A program made the position numbers and the translations under genes. Shown here one piece after another: positions 43,324-53,834 of a stretch of DNA of 64,000 nucleotides; position 1 is the stretch's first letter, and the number at the start of each line of letters is the position of its first letter. This DNA comes from Candidatus Obscuribacterales bacterium. GTDB lineage: Bacteria; Cyanobacteriota; Vampirovibrionia; Obscuribacterales; Obscuribacteraceae. The notes under the pieces were generated by a model, which searched no databases, was not told the origin of the DNA, and worked only from the letters and a program-made list of their open reading frames with translations. The stretch covers positions 14,237 to 78,236 of the forward strand of contig JBAYTY010000009.1 in assembly GCA_041675385.1 (NCBI GenBank), given 5' to 3'.

Positions 43324-44190
43324 TTAAGGTTGAAAGGCTAAAAAGGCGTCGGTTACCATGGCTTTGCAAGCACCGATGATGGTGGCGGCAGTGAGTGAGT
43401 ATGCAATCAGCCATTGCTTGCTGATGAGCGTATCTGCGGGCTGTCGGTTGCCGAAGTGATAGAAGCTATTGCTGGCAACTTCGCACAGGTTTGTGGCGCG
43501 CTCCGATACTTTTTTGCTGAGGGCCACTATTCCGGTTAGGGCTTTGCTGTGCACTTGTGCTTCGAAGCTCTGGTCTGATTGGCTTATGTATCGAGCGATA
43601 CCAGTAGCGCTATCGTGAATGGCAGAAAGGTCCTTGCCGAGTTTTGCAACGATGTTGCTCAATGCCTTTAGCTGCTCGGCCATCGCTTCATCTAGCATAA
43701 CATTGCTGCTTGCATCTGCTGGATCTTCTTTGCCCGTGATGGTGTCTGCGGTGGGCACAGTTATCGACGCTGACCGTAACTTGGTAAAATTCGACAGAAT
43801 ATGCGTATCTGCTTGCAAGAGGTATTCGCTGGCCCGTTGGTGCAGTTCAGTGCTGAGAAGCTGAGAATGCCCAAGTACTTTGACTTTGACCAGGGCCTCG
43901 ATCAGCAGTTCTTGTTGCCGCTGCTCATCCTTTTCGTTCTCGCCGTCGTGCAGTAAGTGAAATATTTCACTCTTCAGTTCGCCTCTTTTGATTTGCAGCC
44001 AGTCGCGCTGGTCAAGGCATTTTAAGCCGGCATTGATGACAACAACTGTGCGCTGTTCATAGCGCTCTGTTGGCTGAAGCTTTTTGAAGAGCGTTTGCAA
44101 CTCTGCGCTGGATGCATCGAGGCCGTCTTGGGCCATCGAGAAGCGCATCAAGACATTGAGTATCTGCGAAATTTCAATGTTGCTTTTCAT
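43324..44190 (-). CDS. Hypothetical alpha-helical protein (288 aa)
   Basis: ORF coupled by an ATGA overlap to the upstream 144-aa gene. Confidence 0.62.
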   Translation of the reverse strand: MKSNIEISQILNVLMRFSMAQDGLDASSAELQTLFKKLQPTERYEQRTVVVINAGLKCLDQRDWLQIKRGELKSEIFHLLHDGENEKDEQRQQELLIEALVKVKVLGHSQLLSTELHQRASEYLLQADTHILSNFTKLRSASITVPTADTITGKEDPADASSNVMLDEAMAEQLKALSNIVAKLGKDLSAIHDSATGIARYISQSDQSFEAQVHSKALTGIVALSKKVSERATNLCEVASNSFYHFGNRQPADTLISKQWLIAYSLTAATIIGACKAMVTDAFLAFQP

Positions 44191-44621
44191 TGTTTGTGAA
44201 TTTGGTTTGGTGTTCTAGGTATACCGTAGAGCAACTGCAATTGGCTCAGAAGCGCAGATTCGCGGATTGCCGATTCTTGGCAAAAAGCCAGGTTCGGGTG
44301 ACCGTAAGTTCCCTCATAAGCGAATGGTGCGGTCAATTGAATTGGGAAGAGGCGACCGAATTGCTGCTCTTCTGCCGATTGGAACTGGGCTGCTGTAGCC
44401 AGTGCTCGTTCTATTGCAGTTTCTTTCAGGTTGTTCTGTGACACTTCTGCTGCTAGCTTGTCGTAGTCGCTTTCTGCTAACACTGTTAGTGTAAGCACGG
44501 CTGAGAGCACGAGCATTTGCTTGGCTGCTTCTGCCAGACGATTAGCCTGGTGAGCGGTAATGAGGCAGTTGGCTGCGGCCAAAATTTGCTCATCGCTGTA
44601 CTTTGAAATTTGCGCAATCAT
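44187..44621 (-). CDS. Hypothetical alpha-helical protein (144 aa)
   Basis: ORF, first gene of a three-gene unit. Confidence 0.6.
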   Translation of the reverse strand: MIAQISKYSDEQILAAANCLITAHQANRLAEAAKQMLVLSAVLTLTVLAESDYDKLAAEVSQNNLKETAIERALATAAQFQSAEEQQFGRLFPIQLTAPFAYEGTYGHPNLAFCQESAIRESALLSQLQLLYGIPRTPNQIHKQ

Positions 44622-44636
44622 GGTGAAAAAGTTTGT

Positions 44637-44661
44637 GCGCCATCAGAAAAACTGATGGCGC
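44637..44661 (-). terminator. Hairpin (10-bp perfect stem) between the S1 gene and the helical-protein genes
   Basis: GCGCCATCAG, 5-nt loop, CTGATGGCGC. It lies only 15 nt upstream of the ATG at 44621. Confidence 0.6.
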
Positions 44662-44740
44662 TAGTGAAAAAATAGATTAAAACAATAGATTAAAACAAAC
44701 GACAACTGGTGATAGGCAATCAATGCCATTGAGATGCCCG

Positions 44741-45949
44741 TTATTTACCACCGGCTGCCACAACTTGTCTGCGGCCAAGAGCGATGCGAGAACCATTCTC
44801 GCCTATGCTCAAGACTACAACCTGAGTGCGGTCGCCAATTTTAAATGACTCTTTCTTACCGCTGGCGTTATTGGCCAAGTCGCTCACGTGCAGCAGGCCT
44901 TCAACGCCGCCACCGATGTGGACGAAGAATCCGTAACTGGCAGTGTTAACGATGTCACCTTCTACAACCAATCCTGGTTCCAAAGCACTGAGTGTACGTT
45001 TTTTGCCCAAGGCTTTCATTGACAAAGAGATGCGCTGTAACTCAGGTTGAACCCTGGTTACTTCCACTTCAATTTCGTCGCCAACTTTCAATACGTCATT
45101 GGCTTTGCTGCGAGGGTAGCCAGTCACTTCAGTGCGATAAATAAGACCGGTAACGCCGTTGCCGATGTTAACCAATACGCTCATGTCTTTGTCGTTTGCA
45201 GAAGCTTTGATGAACTTCAACACCGTGGCGGAGACGATGTCGCCAGGAGCAAAAGTAGCAATGTGTTTGCTGGCCATGTCTTTGGCTGCATCTCTTTGGC
45301 TCAATACGACATAGCCGAATTCTCCTCCTTTATGAGGATCTGCGCCCTGCACTTTGGCAGTGATCACAGTGTCGACCATGGTGCGTGGGTCGCTGCCGAT
45401 GGCCAGTTCGGTGTTCGGGATGAATCCGCGAATACCTTTTAAGCCACCGTCTTCAAAGACGATACGCACACCTGATACTCTCTGGCTGCGACGGTCCATG
45501 GCCAAGGCAAATACGCGGGCTTCAACGTGCTCGCCATTTTCGCTGATTTCTTTCAGCTTTTCCCAGGCTTGTGCTTGCACGTGCGAAAGCGTAACCATGC
45601 CTTCTTTGGTTTGATTTGACATCACCCAGAAGTTGCCACGTTCGCCGAGTGTTAGGTCACCTACTTCGCTGGTTGGAACGAAGGCGTCGTATTTTTGACC
45701 AATGGCCACATAGCAGCCTTTCTTGGTCTGGATGGTGACTTCACCTTCAATAAAATCTTTGCGGCTCGGAGTGGCAAGCACATTGCTGCCGTTCAGCAAC
45801 GCTGTCATTTGTTCGTGCTCGATGCGAGCAGTTTCTAATTCGTTTTCTTCAAGGAAGAAAGGGTCGATAGTTAGCAGGCGATCATAACCGAACAATTTTT
45901 TGTTAGCGTTTTTGATTTTCTTTGCTGTTTTTGATTTTGCGTTTGACAT
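44741..45949 (-). CDS. rpsA: 30S ribosomal protein S1-like protein (four S1 domains)
   Basis: Repeated S1 OB-fold signatures are present, for example GDIVNTASYGFFVHIGGGVEGLLHVSDL. Confidence 0.82.
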   Translation of the reverse strand: MSNAKSKTAKKIKNANKKLFGYDRLLTIDPFFLEENELETARIEHEQMTALLNGSNVLATPSRKDFIEGEVTIQTKKGCYVAIGQKYDAFVPTSEVGDLTLGERGNFWVMSNQTKEGMVTLSHVQAQAWEKLKEISENGEHVEARVFALAMDRRSQRVSGVRIVFEDGGLKGIRGFIPNTELAIGSDPRTMVDTVITAKVQGADPHKGGEFGYVVLSQRDAAKDMASKHIATFAPGDIVSATVLKFIKASANDKDMSVLVNIGNGVTGLIYRTEVTGYPRSKANDVLKVGDEIEVEVTRVQPELQRISLSMKALGKKRTLSALEPGLVVEGDIVNTASYGFFVHIGGGVEGLLHVSDLANNASGKKESFKIGDRTQVVVLSIGENGSRIALGRRQVVAAGGK

Positions 45950-46072
45950 TGTTTTGAGATTTGTGCCCGTTGCCGAGCGATTAAAAATGAAAGAAAGACC
46001 GCACTCAAACTTGAGCGCCGGTGTTGCTAATAGTTTTGGTAGAGCTGTTGATGAAAGTCTTTGTAAAGTAAC

Positions 46073-46354
46073 TTAGTTGCTGTGAAAGTTAGCGATGTGT
46101 TTTTGAAACTTGCGCTTTGCCCAGGCAGGAAGGCGGCGGCCATTGTTATGAGCGGCGTGCATAACTGTAGAGAGAACTTCGTTGTCTACTGTTGCCGGAG
46201 CCGAGAGGATATCAATAGCGCGCAGCGGATGCTTGATGGCATAGCGCAAGTTTTCTTTTTCTTGGTGGCGTTTGCGGCTTGTGTAGACGCTGTTGGCAAC
46301 AAAAATTGCTGCACCGAAGAAGGCGATAGCTGAGATGACATTACTGAGTTTCAT
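46073..46354 (-). CDS. Small protein with N-terminal TM helix
   Basis: ORF with the helix VISAIAFFGAAIFVANSVY. No clear SD. Confidence 0.45.
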   Translation of the reverse strand: MKLSNVISAIAFFGAAIFVANSVYTSRKRHQEKENLRYAIKHPLRAIDILSAPATVDNEVLSTVMHAAHNNGRRLPAWAKRKFQKHIANFHSN

Positions 46355-46843
46355 GATCTTGAAATTTTGAGGTGAAAAGAACTGATTTTAAAAACTGATT
46401 CAAATGCTATTTGAAAATCTTTGCTCCATCTGCCCTTCACTGCTGGAAGGTTGAATAGCTTGAGATTAGGCTTGTTGGGCTTTTGGGGAGGTTAGACAGT
46501 GGCCTCAGAAATTGAATTGCAAATGGAGATATGCCACCAATTTAGACGTCGGCAGAGTCCGTACCAAGTTTATTTGGGAGAACCACCATGGATTTGCCGG
46601 GAAATTTTGGCCCCAAGCGCTTTGTAAACTAACTGAGGTAACAGGGTCCTATTGTTAAGTAACTCAGTTGGCCGAAGGGTTGAGTCACTAAATGCAGCTC
46701 GTGATGATCTGGCTCAGCTCGGGCGAGGGAACGCTCTAGCCGAGGGGACGGTTCTTTGGTCAAGCGGTTATAATTGGTCTACGCTTTGCGTTAGCAGCAT
46801 TTGCAGTAGCAGCATTAGCATTAGTAGTAACAGTAATACCTAC

Positions 46844-48688
46844 ATGCCATTCCCCCAACTCAAGCTCGTACATAAAGGCATATTGATGGTTGCGCTTCCT
46901 CTGGCAATTCAGGGTGGCGTTTACCTCAAACTCAAGAGCGATTTGGCCGAGTTGCAGCGGCAGACACAAGAACTTGATGTCCGTCGAGAAGTCGTCAATC
47001 GCGTCAATCAGACCCTGCTCTACAGCTTTTATGGCTTTCAGTCGCTAATGCAATTTAAGCTCTATGGGCAGTCGGCCAATCGTCATTATTTTGAAAAATA
47101 CGAAGAGAACCTGATCAAAGGAAACGATGAACTGGCTGACATCATTGAAAAGAAAGAGCACGACAGAGAGAAAGCCGATCGCCTGCGCTTTCTTTCACGC
47201 GATTATATCGCTGCTCTGAAAGAGTCGCAGTTCAATCCTGATGAACACAATCAAGTCGCCACGATTTCTGATGATTTACTGCGCAATATTCACTTCCGCG
47301 ATGTCGCTAAAGAGCTATTTACTGCCCTTAAAGACCTCGGCCTTTCTGAACAAGCGAAAGTGACCGATGCCAGTGGGCGCGAAGAGTCTTATCGCCAGAA
47401 GGTGCAGCAGGCGACTGATTTTACGGTTTTGGTCAATGCCATTGTGGCATTGCTATTGGCTATTGTCTTTGTGCGTGGCACTGTTGCTAAGCTCAATTTG
47501 GTGAAAGAAAACACCAGACGTTTTGCTGCAGACAAGTCTCTTTTAGAGCCTTTGGGTAGCCGCGATGAAATAGGTGAGCTTGATGCTTTCTTTCACACCA
47601 TGGCCGAGGCGCTTACCGATGCTCGCACCAAAGAGAAATATATGAATGCTTTGCTAAAAGATAGCAAAGAACGGCTTGAGGGCTTGATTAACAACATACC
47701 GGCGGCTTTGGTTGTCACCGATGAGCAGGGGCGAATCCAGTCACTGAACCCAGCAGCCGAGAAGCTGTTTGGTTACCAGGGCGATGCCTTGAGCGAGAAG
47801 TCAATTGAAAAGCTCTTTGCCAAGCTGGCCAATGGTGACTCGTTGCTAGAAAAACTTAGAACCGGTACTGGTAGCCATCCGCTGGCAATGGAGGCCCTCT
47901 CAGCAGAGCAAGAAATTATTGCTGTTGAAGTGGCCACAACTGACTTCGATAGTCCAGACGGCAAGAGCATTCTCTCCACAATAATTGACGTCACTGAACG
48001 CTATAAGCTCGAGAAATTAAAGCGTGATTTTTACGCCATGGTCAGCCATGATATACGCACGCCCCTTACCACCATTAGTGGTGTCTTGCAGCTTTCGCGA
48101 TTGGGACGTTATGGCCCGGTAAGTAATGAGCTAGCTAGTCGTTTGAAAATGGCTGAGGACAACACTCAGCGCCTGCTGGAAATGGTCGGTAAACTACTTG
48201 ACCTCGATAAACTTGAAGCCGGTACAATTGAGTTGAAATTGGAAGCGGTACCATTGCAAGTGATTGTCAGTGGAGCAATAAGTTCTACTTTGGCTCAGCG
48301 CGAAGAAAAAGGCATTACAATTTCTGGACGTGATCACGGTCTTGTAGTTACCGGTGATGCTCATTACCTGACGCAAGTGCTGACTAATTTAGTCGCCAAT
48401 GCCATTCGCTATTCGCCTGCTGGTGGTGCTATTGCTATCGCGGCTGAAGAGCTTGAGCACTATGTTTTAGTCAGTGTTAGTGACCAAGGCCCCGGTGTGC
48501 CTGAGGCTGCACGTGCTGAAATCTTTGAACGCTTCAAGCAGACTGACGCTGGACGCGATCAAAAGTCAGGGTTTGGCCTAGGCCTTTCGATATGCCAGTC
48601 AATTATCACTATGCATGGTGGGCTAATTGGTGTGGATGCGGCTCCTGGTGGCGGCGCACGTTTCTGGTTTAAAGTAGCAAAAGGCTAG
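46844..48688 (+). CDS. Sensor histidine kinase (TM, helical sensor, HAMP, PAS, HisKA, HATPase)
   Basis: H-box FYAMVSHDIRTPLT, N-box NLVANAIRYSP, DQGPGVP and GFGLGLSICQ. The start was chosen at ATG 46844 (MPFPQLKL) by alignment to the N-terminus of paralog 51177. Confidence 0.9.
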   Translation: MPFPQLKLVHKGILMVALPLAIQGGVYLKLKSDLAELQRQTQELDVRREVVNRVNQTLLYSFYGFQSLMQFKLYGQSANRHYFEKYEENLIKGNDELADIIEKKEHDREKADRLRFLSRDYIAALKESQFNPDEHNQVATISDDLLRNIHFRDVAKELFTALKDLGLSEQAKVTDASGREESYRQKVQQATDFTVLVNAIVALLLAIVFVRGTVAKLNLVKENTRRFAADKSLLEPLGSRDEIGELDAFFHTMAEALTDARTKEKYMNALLKDSKERLEGLINNIPAALVVTDEQGRIQSLNPAAEKLFGYQGDALSEKSIEKLFAKLANGDSLLEKLRTGTGSHPLAMEALSAEQEIIAVEVATTDFDSPDGKSILSTIIDVTERYKLEKLKRDFYAMVSHDIRTPLTTISGVLQLSRLGRYGPVSNELASRLKMAEDNTQRLLEMVGKLLDLDKLEAGTIELKLEAVPLQVIVSGAISSTLAQREEKGITISGRDHGLVVTGDAHYLTQVLTNLVANAIRYSPAGGAIAIAAEELEHYVLVSVSDQGPGVPEAARAEIFERFKQTDAGRDQKSGFGLGLSICQSIITMHGGLIGVDAAPGGGARFWFKVAKG

Positions 48689-48766
48689 GGCCCTAGAAAA
48701 CCCATAAAGAATGTTGCTTGAATATTGACTGAATGTTGATTGATCAAGCTGCTGTTCCTTTATGCC

Positions 48767-48817
48767 TTTGCAAGAATAGATAGATTTTTTCCGAAAAAAT
48801 CTATCTATTTTTGCAAG
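48767..48817. terminator. Long bidirectional hairpin between convergent genes
   Basis: TTTGCAAGAATAGATAGATTTTTT, CCG, AAAAAATCTATCTATTTTTGCAAG. The arms are about 23 nt with one mismatch. Confidence 0.75.
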
Positions 48818-48906
48818 CGGCAGAGGCAATTACTTAGATCGTATAGAATACTCTGCTCTTTTGGGGTTATTCTGATTATTTTGATTACTGCAAAGCTCAT
48901 CAGAGC

Positions 48907-49266
48907 TTACCGCCTCGGAAAGTAGAAACCCTCCTGTTCGCTTTGGCCGTTGCGGATTTTGCCTACCAATTCGGCTTGGCCGCGCTCGTCGTGCTTAAAT
49001 TTCTCCACAACCGCCTTTGTCTGCCTGATGCCAGTAAAGAAAGAACTTTCAATCTTGTTCAGCTTGGCTAATTGGCTGCGTATTTCGCTAATTTCAGGCG
49101 TGTCTGCCAGATCACTGTGCTCTTCTAATAGCTCTTGCAAGCTAAGTTCTAATTGTTGCCGGCGCTCTGGCAGTGCCAGTGCTTGGTTGATTAGCTCTTG
49201 AAACGAGGTTACTGCACCGTTTGCTGAATCGAGCAAAAGGTTTACTTGGTTGGTTTTGTTTCGCAT
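48907..49266 (-). CDS. Hypothetical coiled-coil-like protein
   Basis: ORF only. Confidence 0.45.
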   Translation of the reverse strand: MRNKTNQVNLLLDSANGAVTSFQELINQALALPERRQQLELSLQELLEEHSDLADTPEISEIRSQLAKLNKIESSFFTGIRQTKAVVEKFKHDERGQAELVGKIRNGQSEQEGFYFPRR

Positions 49267-49345
49267 AGTTTTGATTTGAGAATTTGATTGGAGTGATTGA
49301 TTTTGTGAATTTGATTACTGAACTAATTTGGTGAGATCTTTTGAT

Positions 49346-49789
49346 CTAGAAAACGAGGCGACCGAGCCTCTTTAGTTTGATTAGCCGCTTAATCCAACGC
49401 TGCTCTTGCTGATCTAGCCCTGTGAAGTTGTAATTGGCTTCGTAAGCTGCAATTTCGAGTTTGCGTTGGCGAGCATGCAAAGCGGCCGAATAGCGCCTCT
49501 TATACTCAGGTTCTAGGGCGGCAAGCCAAGTGCGAAAGCCGTTTAGCTTGAATGTGGCGGCTGTTTTTCTCGTGATCGCTTGATTGGTGAATTGGCAGGC
49601 GCTTTCCCAGCAGTCAAGGGCGTTTTTGATTTCTGTGTTGAGCTGGGCTAGTGTCCAAATACCAAGTGAGGCTTTTAGTGAGACTTTGCGGAAAAATCTC
49701 AGTATGCGTGTCAAGACCCTGGTCTTGCTCGCGGGTCTGGTGGCCAACTCGGTCGAGTCGCCAGTCGAACGATGTTTGTTTTGTGCCAT
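49346..49789 (-). CDS. Hypothetical basic protein
   Basis: ORF only. Confidence 0.45.
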   Translation of the reverse strand: MAQNKHRSTGDSTELATRPASKTRVLTRILRFFRKVSLKASLGIWTLAQLNTEIKNALDCWESACQFTNQAITRKTAATFKLNGFRTWLAALEPEYKRRYSAALHARQRKLEIAAYEANYNFTGLDQQEQRWIKRLIKLKRLGRLVF

Positions 49790-50029
49790 AGGCTGGTTTT
49801 CTTCGATTGTCTGTAAGAGATTTAGCTACCCATTTGGCAGATAAAAATTATTAGATTGAGGATTGCATAGCTTTCTTCGAGTTTCCGGCTAATTAAATAA
49901 GGGTTTTGGTTATGATATGTACGCTTCAAGGCTAACAATAAGTTTCGCTAGTAAGGAAGCAACTAAGCCCTAATTTTTCTACTTTCACGTTCATGATCTT
50001 ACTTAGCTCACGCCATGTTCTCGTTTAAC

Positions 50030-50101
50030 TTGCACTTAGCACTCGGTTTGTACTTAGCACTCGGTTTGTACTTAGAACTCAGTTTGTACTTAGAACTCTC
50101 T
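50030..50101 (+). repeat. Four tandem 18-bp repeats (TTGYACTTAGMACTCNGT) upstream of gene 50143
   Basis: ttgcacttagcactcggt ttgtacttagcactcggt ttgtacttagaactcagt ttgtacttagaactctct. Confidence 0.9.
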
Positions 50102-50142
50102 TAGCGCTGTCTTTGCACTACTTAGCTCGAAAGGAGCAAATA

Positions 50143-51159
50143 ATGAAACTCTCAGTCGGAAACTCTAAGAAGATAGTCAGTTTGGCTCTATCTCTTTCAG
50201 CTTCGCTAGCTCTTAGTCTGCCCGTTATCGCTGCTACGGTGAGTGATCCGGCGCAATTCATCTTGCAATACTATGCTGCTAAGGCGAAGACCAAGTTTCC
50301 TCTAGAGGTCCATGGATTTTTCTCCAAGCGTATTGTGGCCAAGCAGCTTGAGTTTGAAAAAGATCGCAAAGAAAAGCCAGAAGAGTTCGCCATGATGATG
50401 AAAATGGCAGAGGCCTTTGGTGGTCAGGAGCCGAGCAAGATTAAAGTGGTTGGAAAAGATGCTGCCTTAAGCACAGCGGCTAGACAAATTTTTGATATTG
50501 AGGCGGTGGAAATTCCTAAGTCATACAAAGAAATGATGAAGCCCGATGCTAAGTGTTCGCTTAAGGGGCAGGTGGCTTTAGTCAAAGAGAATGGCGAGTG
50601 GAAAATCGACAAGGATTTTTGGAAGTTTGAAAGTGTGGGCAAAGATGGCAAATTTAGTCAATCGTCGGGTTTGAACCCAGATCGCGATGACAAGAAAGAA
50701 AATGAGAAAGCTGGCGAAATTGCTGGCGCTCAAGACGGCGGTGATTCTTCTAGTGGAGGGAACTCTTCTAGTGACGACGACAAGAATTGGTCTCCGAGCG
50801 ATAGCGATGATCTTCTCGATCGCACCATGAAATTGTGGAAGCGCGAGAAGTCTCTCAGCACTGCTGACTCTAAAGGCAAGAGCATTTATGCCGCCATCAA
50901 GATAGATAAAACCGGAGAGATTGTAGACTTGCAGATTGGCGGAGAGAAAGCCCAACCAGAAGCGGAAAGTCAGTTGCGTCAATTCTTCACTAAGGCTCAG
51001 CCATTTAAGCCACTTCCGGCTAGTTATGTCGGCAAGAGCAATTGTTGGATGATGTTTGATTGGTCCAGCGGTGGCGAAGCAATTTCGGGGCCATACTTTA
51101 GCGAAGGGCCTGTTTCAGACTCGATTATAGATAAAATCAATCACAAAATTGATAATTAG
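50143..51159 (+). CDS. Secreted protein of unknown function located between the two kinase paralogs
   Basis: An AAAGGAG SD precedes the ATG at 50143. The signal peptide reads MKLSVGNSKKIVSLALSLSASLALSLPVIAA. The central region is acidic and Ser/Gly-rich. Confidence 0.7.
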   Translation: MKLSVGNSKKIVSLALSLSASLALSLPVIAATVSDPAQFILQYYAAKAKTKFPLEVHGFFSKRIVAKQLEFEKDRKEKPEEFAMMMKMAEAFGGQEPSKIKVVGKDAALSTAARQIFDIEAVEIPKSYKEMMKPDAKCSLKGQVALVKENGEWKIDKDFWKFESVGKDGKFSQSSGLNPDRDDKKENEKAGEIAGAQDGGDSSSGGNSSSDDDKNWSPSDSDDLLDRTMKLWKREKSLSTADSKGKSIYAAIKIDKTGEIVDLQIGGEKAQPEAESQLRQFFTKAQPFKPLPASYVGKSNCWMMFDWSSGGEAISGPYFSEGPVSDSIIDKINHKIDN

Positions 51160-51176
51160 GAAAAGACAAAAATTAG

Positions 51177-53096
51177 ATGCTGTCCTTTCCTAAAACTAGG
51201 CTTGTAGCCAAGATTGGCTTGACCATGGCTATTCCATTGGTCGTCAATCTGCTGCTCTATGGTGAGATGCAGCGACAGCTACTTGCCCTAGAGCGGCTTA
51301 CCGACGAGCTTTCGATTCGTCGCAATATTGCCCAGCACACAAATGATATTGTCATAGCAAACTATTTTGCCATACAGTCTTTGATGCAATTCAAGATGTT
51401 CAATAAGGCCAGCGATAGGCAAAGCTATCAAGACTATGTCGCTAAGTATCGTTCTGAGTTGGAAAAACTGGCAGTCTTACTTAACAGCCGTGCTGCCGAT
51501 AGAGAAGTCGGGAGTCATTTGCAAGCTGTAGGCAAAGAATATTTGCTGGCACTGGACGGATCGCAGTTCAGTCCTGACGAGAACAATCAGGTGGGCTCTT
51601 TCTTCGATAATCTTGAGCGCAACAAAAAACTCAAGGATGCCACGGTGGTATTTCTCACTACCTTAAAAGATGTCGGTCGCAAGGCACAAAAAGACGTAGA
51701 GCAAGCCAGTATTGAGGAGGCCGAATCACGTCTCGGCTTTAGGCAGTTCTGTCAGTTTGTTATTTTTGCCAACAGCTTAGTAGCGTTAGCTATTGCAGTT
51801 TTTGTCAGTGCCATGATAGTGCGTCGCATCAATGTCGTGCGAGTAAATTCAGAAAGATTAGCTCGGGGGCTGCCTTTGCTTTCGCCATTGAATTCATCTG
51901 ATGAGATTGGTGTCCTCGATAAAACATTTAGACAGATGGCAGCTGCTCTCAATTTGGCCCGTGAAAAAGAGAAAGAAATGCTCTCAACCATTGAAGAGTC
52001 GCGTGATGAGTTGGCTCTGGTAATTAACAAAATTCCAGCAGCGCTATTTGTCACTGATCGGCTTGGTAATGTCGAGTCACTGAATACGGTGGCAGAGCAA
52101 CTCTTCGGCATTGACCTCGGCTATTTTGAAAACGCTAGAATTGACAAGATCTTTCGCGTGAAGGCAATCGAGAAAGATGGTTTTTTTCCTCGGCTGGTAG
52201 CAGCTGCGCAAGCCAGCAGAGGCGAGCCTCAGCCCTTGTTTGCGGCCGGTCCTGATGGCGAAGTAGTGCCCGTAAATGTATCGGTGATTGAGTATCACGT
52301 GGCCGGAACTGCTAAGTATCTGACCACACTGGTTGACGAAACTCAGCGCCTTATTTTAGAGCAGGCTAAAGGCGACTTTTTCAATATGGTCAGCCATGAC
52401 ATGCGCACGCCGCTTACTAGTTTAAGTGGCGTTTTGCAGATGACTCTTGCGGGCACATATGGCCCCTTGCCTGAGTTGGCTGTGGCAAAGCTAGAAATTG
52501 CTAGGTCAAGCTCGGCGCTGTTACTCTGCATGATCAATCGCTTGCTCGAAATCGGACGGATTGAGAGTGCTAACCTTGAGTTGAAAATCGAGCCGTTTGA
52601 TTTTGCGGCCTTGGTTAGGCAAGCGGGTGATTTGATTAGTCCGCAGCTAGAGCCTAAATCGTTGCGTCTAGAGTTAACGGCTGAGCCTTGTGTCGTTGCC
52701 GCAGATAGTCACTATATACTAGAAGTGATTCTCAATTTGCTGACAAATGCTATCAAGTTTTCCCCTAAGAGTGGCTTGATATCTATGTCGTGCCGCGTGG
52801 TAAAAGAGGCTGTGCCGATGGTGCTCTTTGAGCTGGTGGATCAAGGACCGGGCGTTCCTGGTGACAAGAAAGAGCAAATTTTTGAGCGTTTCTGGCAAGC
52901 TGATAACAGTCGCGACCGCTCTAGTGGCTTTGGTTTAGGGCTTTCTATTTGTCGGCGTATTATTTTGCAGCATGGTGGCGAAATTGGTGTCAAAGATAGC
53001 GTCAAAGACAGCTTCAAAGACAGCCCAAGAGAGAACGGCAGTGCCTCTGCCGCTGGTGCTACATTCTGGTTCGCCCTCAAGGCTGTGGTCGACTAG
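51177..53096 (+). CDS. Sensor histidine kinase, paralog of 46844..48688
   Basis: Same architecture as the paralog. H-box FFNMVSHDMRTPLT, N-box NLLTNAIKFSP, DQGPGVP and GFGLGLSICRR. Confidence 0.9.
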   Translation: MLSFPKTRLVAKIGLTMAIPLVVNLLLYGEMQRQLLALERLTDELSIRRNIAQHTNDIVIANYFAIQSLMQFKMFNKASDRQSYQDYVAKYRSELEKLAVLLNSRAADREVGSHLQAVGKEYLLALDGSQFSPDENNQVGSFFDNLERNKKLKDATVVFLTTLKDVGRKAQKDVEQASIEEAESRLGFRQFCQFVIFANSLVALAIAVFVSAMIVRRINVVRVNSERLARGLPLLSPLNSSDEIGVLDKTFRQMAAALNLAREKEKEMLSTIEESRDELALVINKIPAALFVTDRLGNVESLNTVAEQLFGIDLGYFENARIDKIFRVKAIEKDGFFPRLVAAAQASRGEPQPLFAAGPDGEVVPVNVSVIEYHVAGTAKYLTTLVDETQRLILEQAKGDFFNMVSHDMRTPLTSLSGVLQMTLAGTYGPLPELAVAKLEIARSSSALLLCMINRLLEIGRIESANLELKIEPFDFAALVRQAGDLISPQLEPKSLRLELTAEPCVVAADSHYILEVILNLLTNAIKFSPKSGLISMSCRVVKEAVPMVLFELVDQGPGVPGDKKEQIFERFWQADNSRDRSSGFGLGLSICRRIILQHGGEIGVKDSVKDSFKDSPRENGSASAAGATFWFALKAVVD

Positions 53097-53103
53097 ATTT
53101 GCC

Positions 53104-53778
53104 TCAGGCTTCTAGCTTGTAACCAAAGCCTTTGATTGTAGTTATTGACGGATTGTCGCTGTCGATATCAACCACTTTTCGAATGCGCAGAATCACCGTG
53201 CGCACGGCTTCATTGGTGGCGTCTGAGTCTGTGGGCCAGACCCTTGAGAGTAATTCTTCGGCAGAAAAGACACGGCCGGGATTGCTCATTAATAGCTCCA
53301 GTACAGCAAATTCTTGGGGATGCAGTTTTACTGCCTCATCCTTGAGTCTGACTGATTTGTTTCTTTGATCGAGCTCTAGATTTCTTACTGTGAGCGGCTT
53401 GTATTGTAGAGTTTGCGGGCGTCGAAGTAATGCTCTAACCCGCGCTAACACTTCTGGTAAGGCAAATGGTTTTGTTAAATAATCATCGGCACCGCTATCA
53501 AGGCCGGCCATTTTATTGCCCACTGAATCCATTGCCGTGAGAAATAAAACTGGTGTGTTGATACCCTTTGCTCGCGCTTCTGTACACAAATCTAAGCCAG
53601 ACGCCTTGGGTAGCTGCCAATCTAGAATCAAAAGATTGTAGCTATTTATAGACAGCAGGGCACTGCCAGCTTCGGCTGAGTGAACAACCTCCACCTCGTA
53701 ATTTGCCGCAGTAAGGCAGTCTTGTAAGATCTCGGCGATTTTTTCATCGTCTTCAACGACCAGAATGTGGGCTGTCAT
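53104..53778 (-). CDS. OmpR/PhoB-family response regulator
   Basis: The receiver has ILVVEDD and LLILDWQLP. A winged-helix output ends ..GFGYKLEA. Confidence 0.95.
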   Translation of the reverse strand: MTAHILVVEDDEKIAEILQDCLTAANYEVEVVHSAEAGSALLSINSYNLLILDWQLPKASGLDLCTEARAKGINTPVLFLTAMDSVGNKMAGLDSGADDYLTKPFALPEVLARVRALLRRPQTLQYKPLTVRNLELDQRNKSVRLKDEAVKLHPQEFAVLELLMSNPGRVFSAEELLSRVWPTDSDATNEAVRTVILRIRKVVDIDSDNPSITTIKGFGYKLEA

Positions 53779-53834
53779 TTGCTATCTGTTTTGCTAATTG
53801 CTGCTTTACTGAGTTAGAGTTTCGTCTAGAAACA

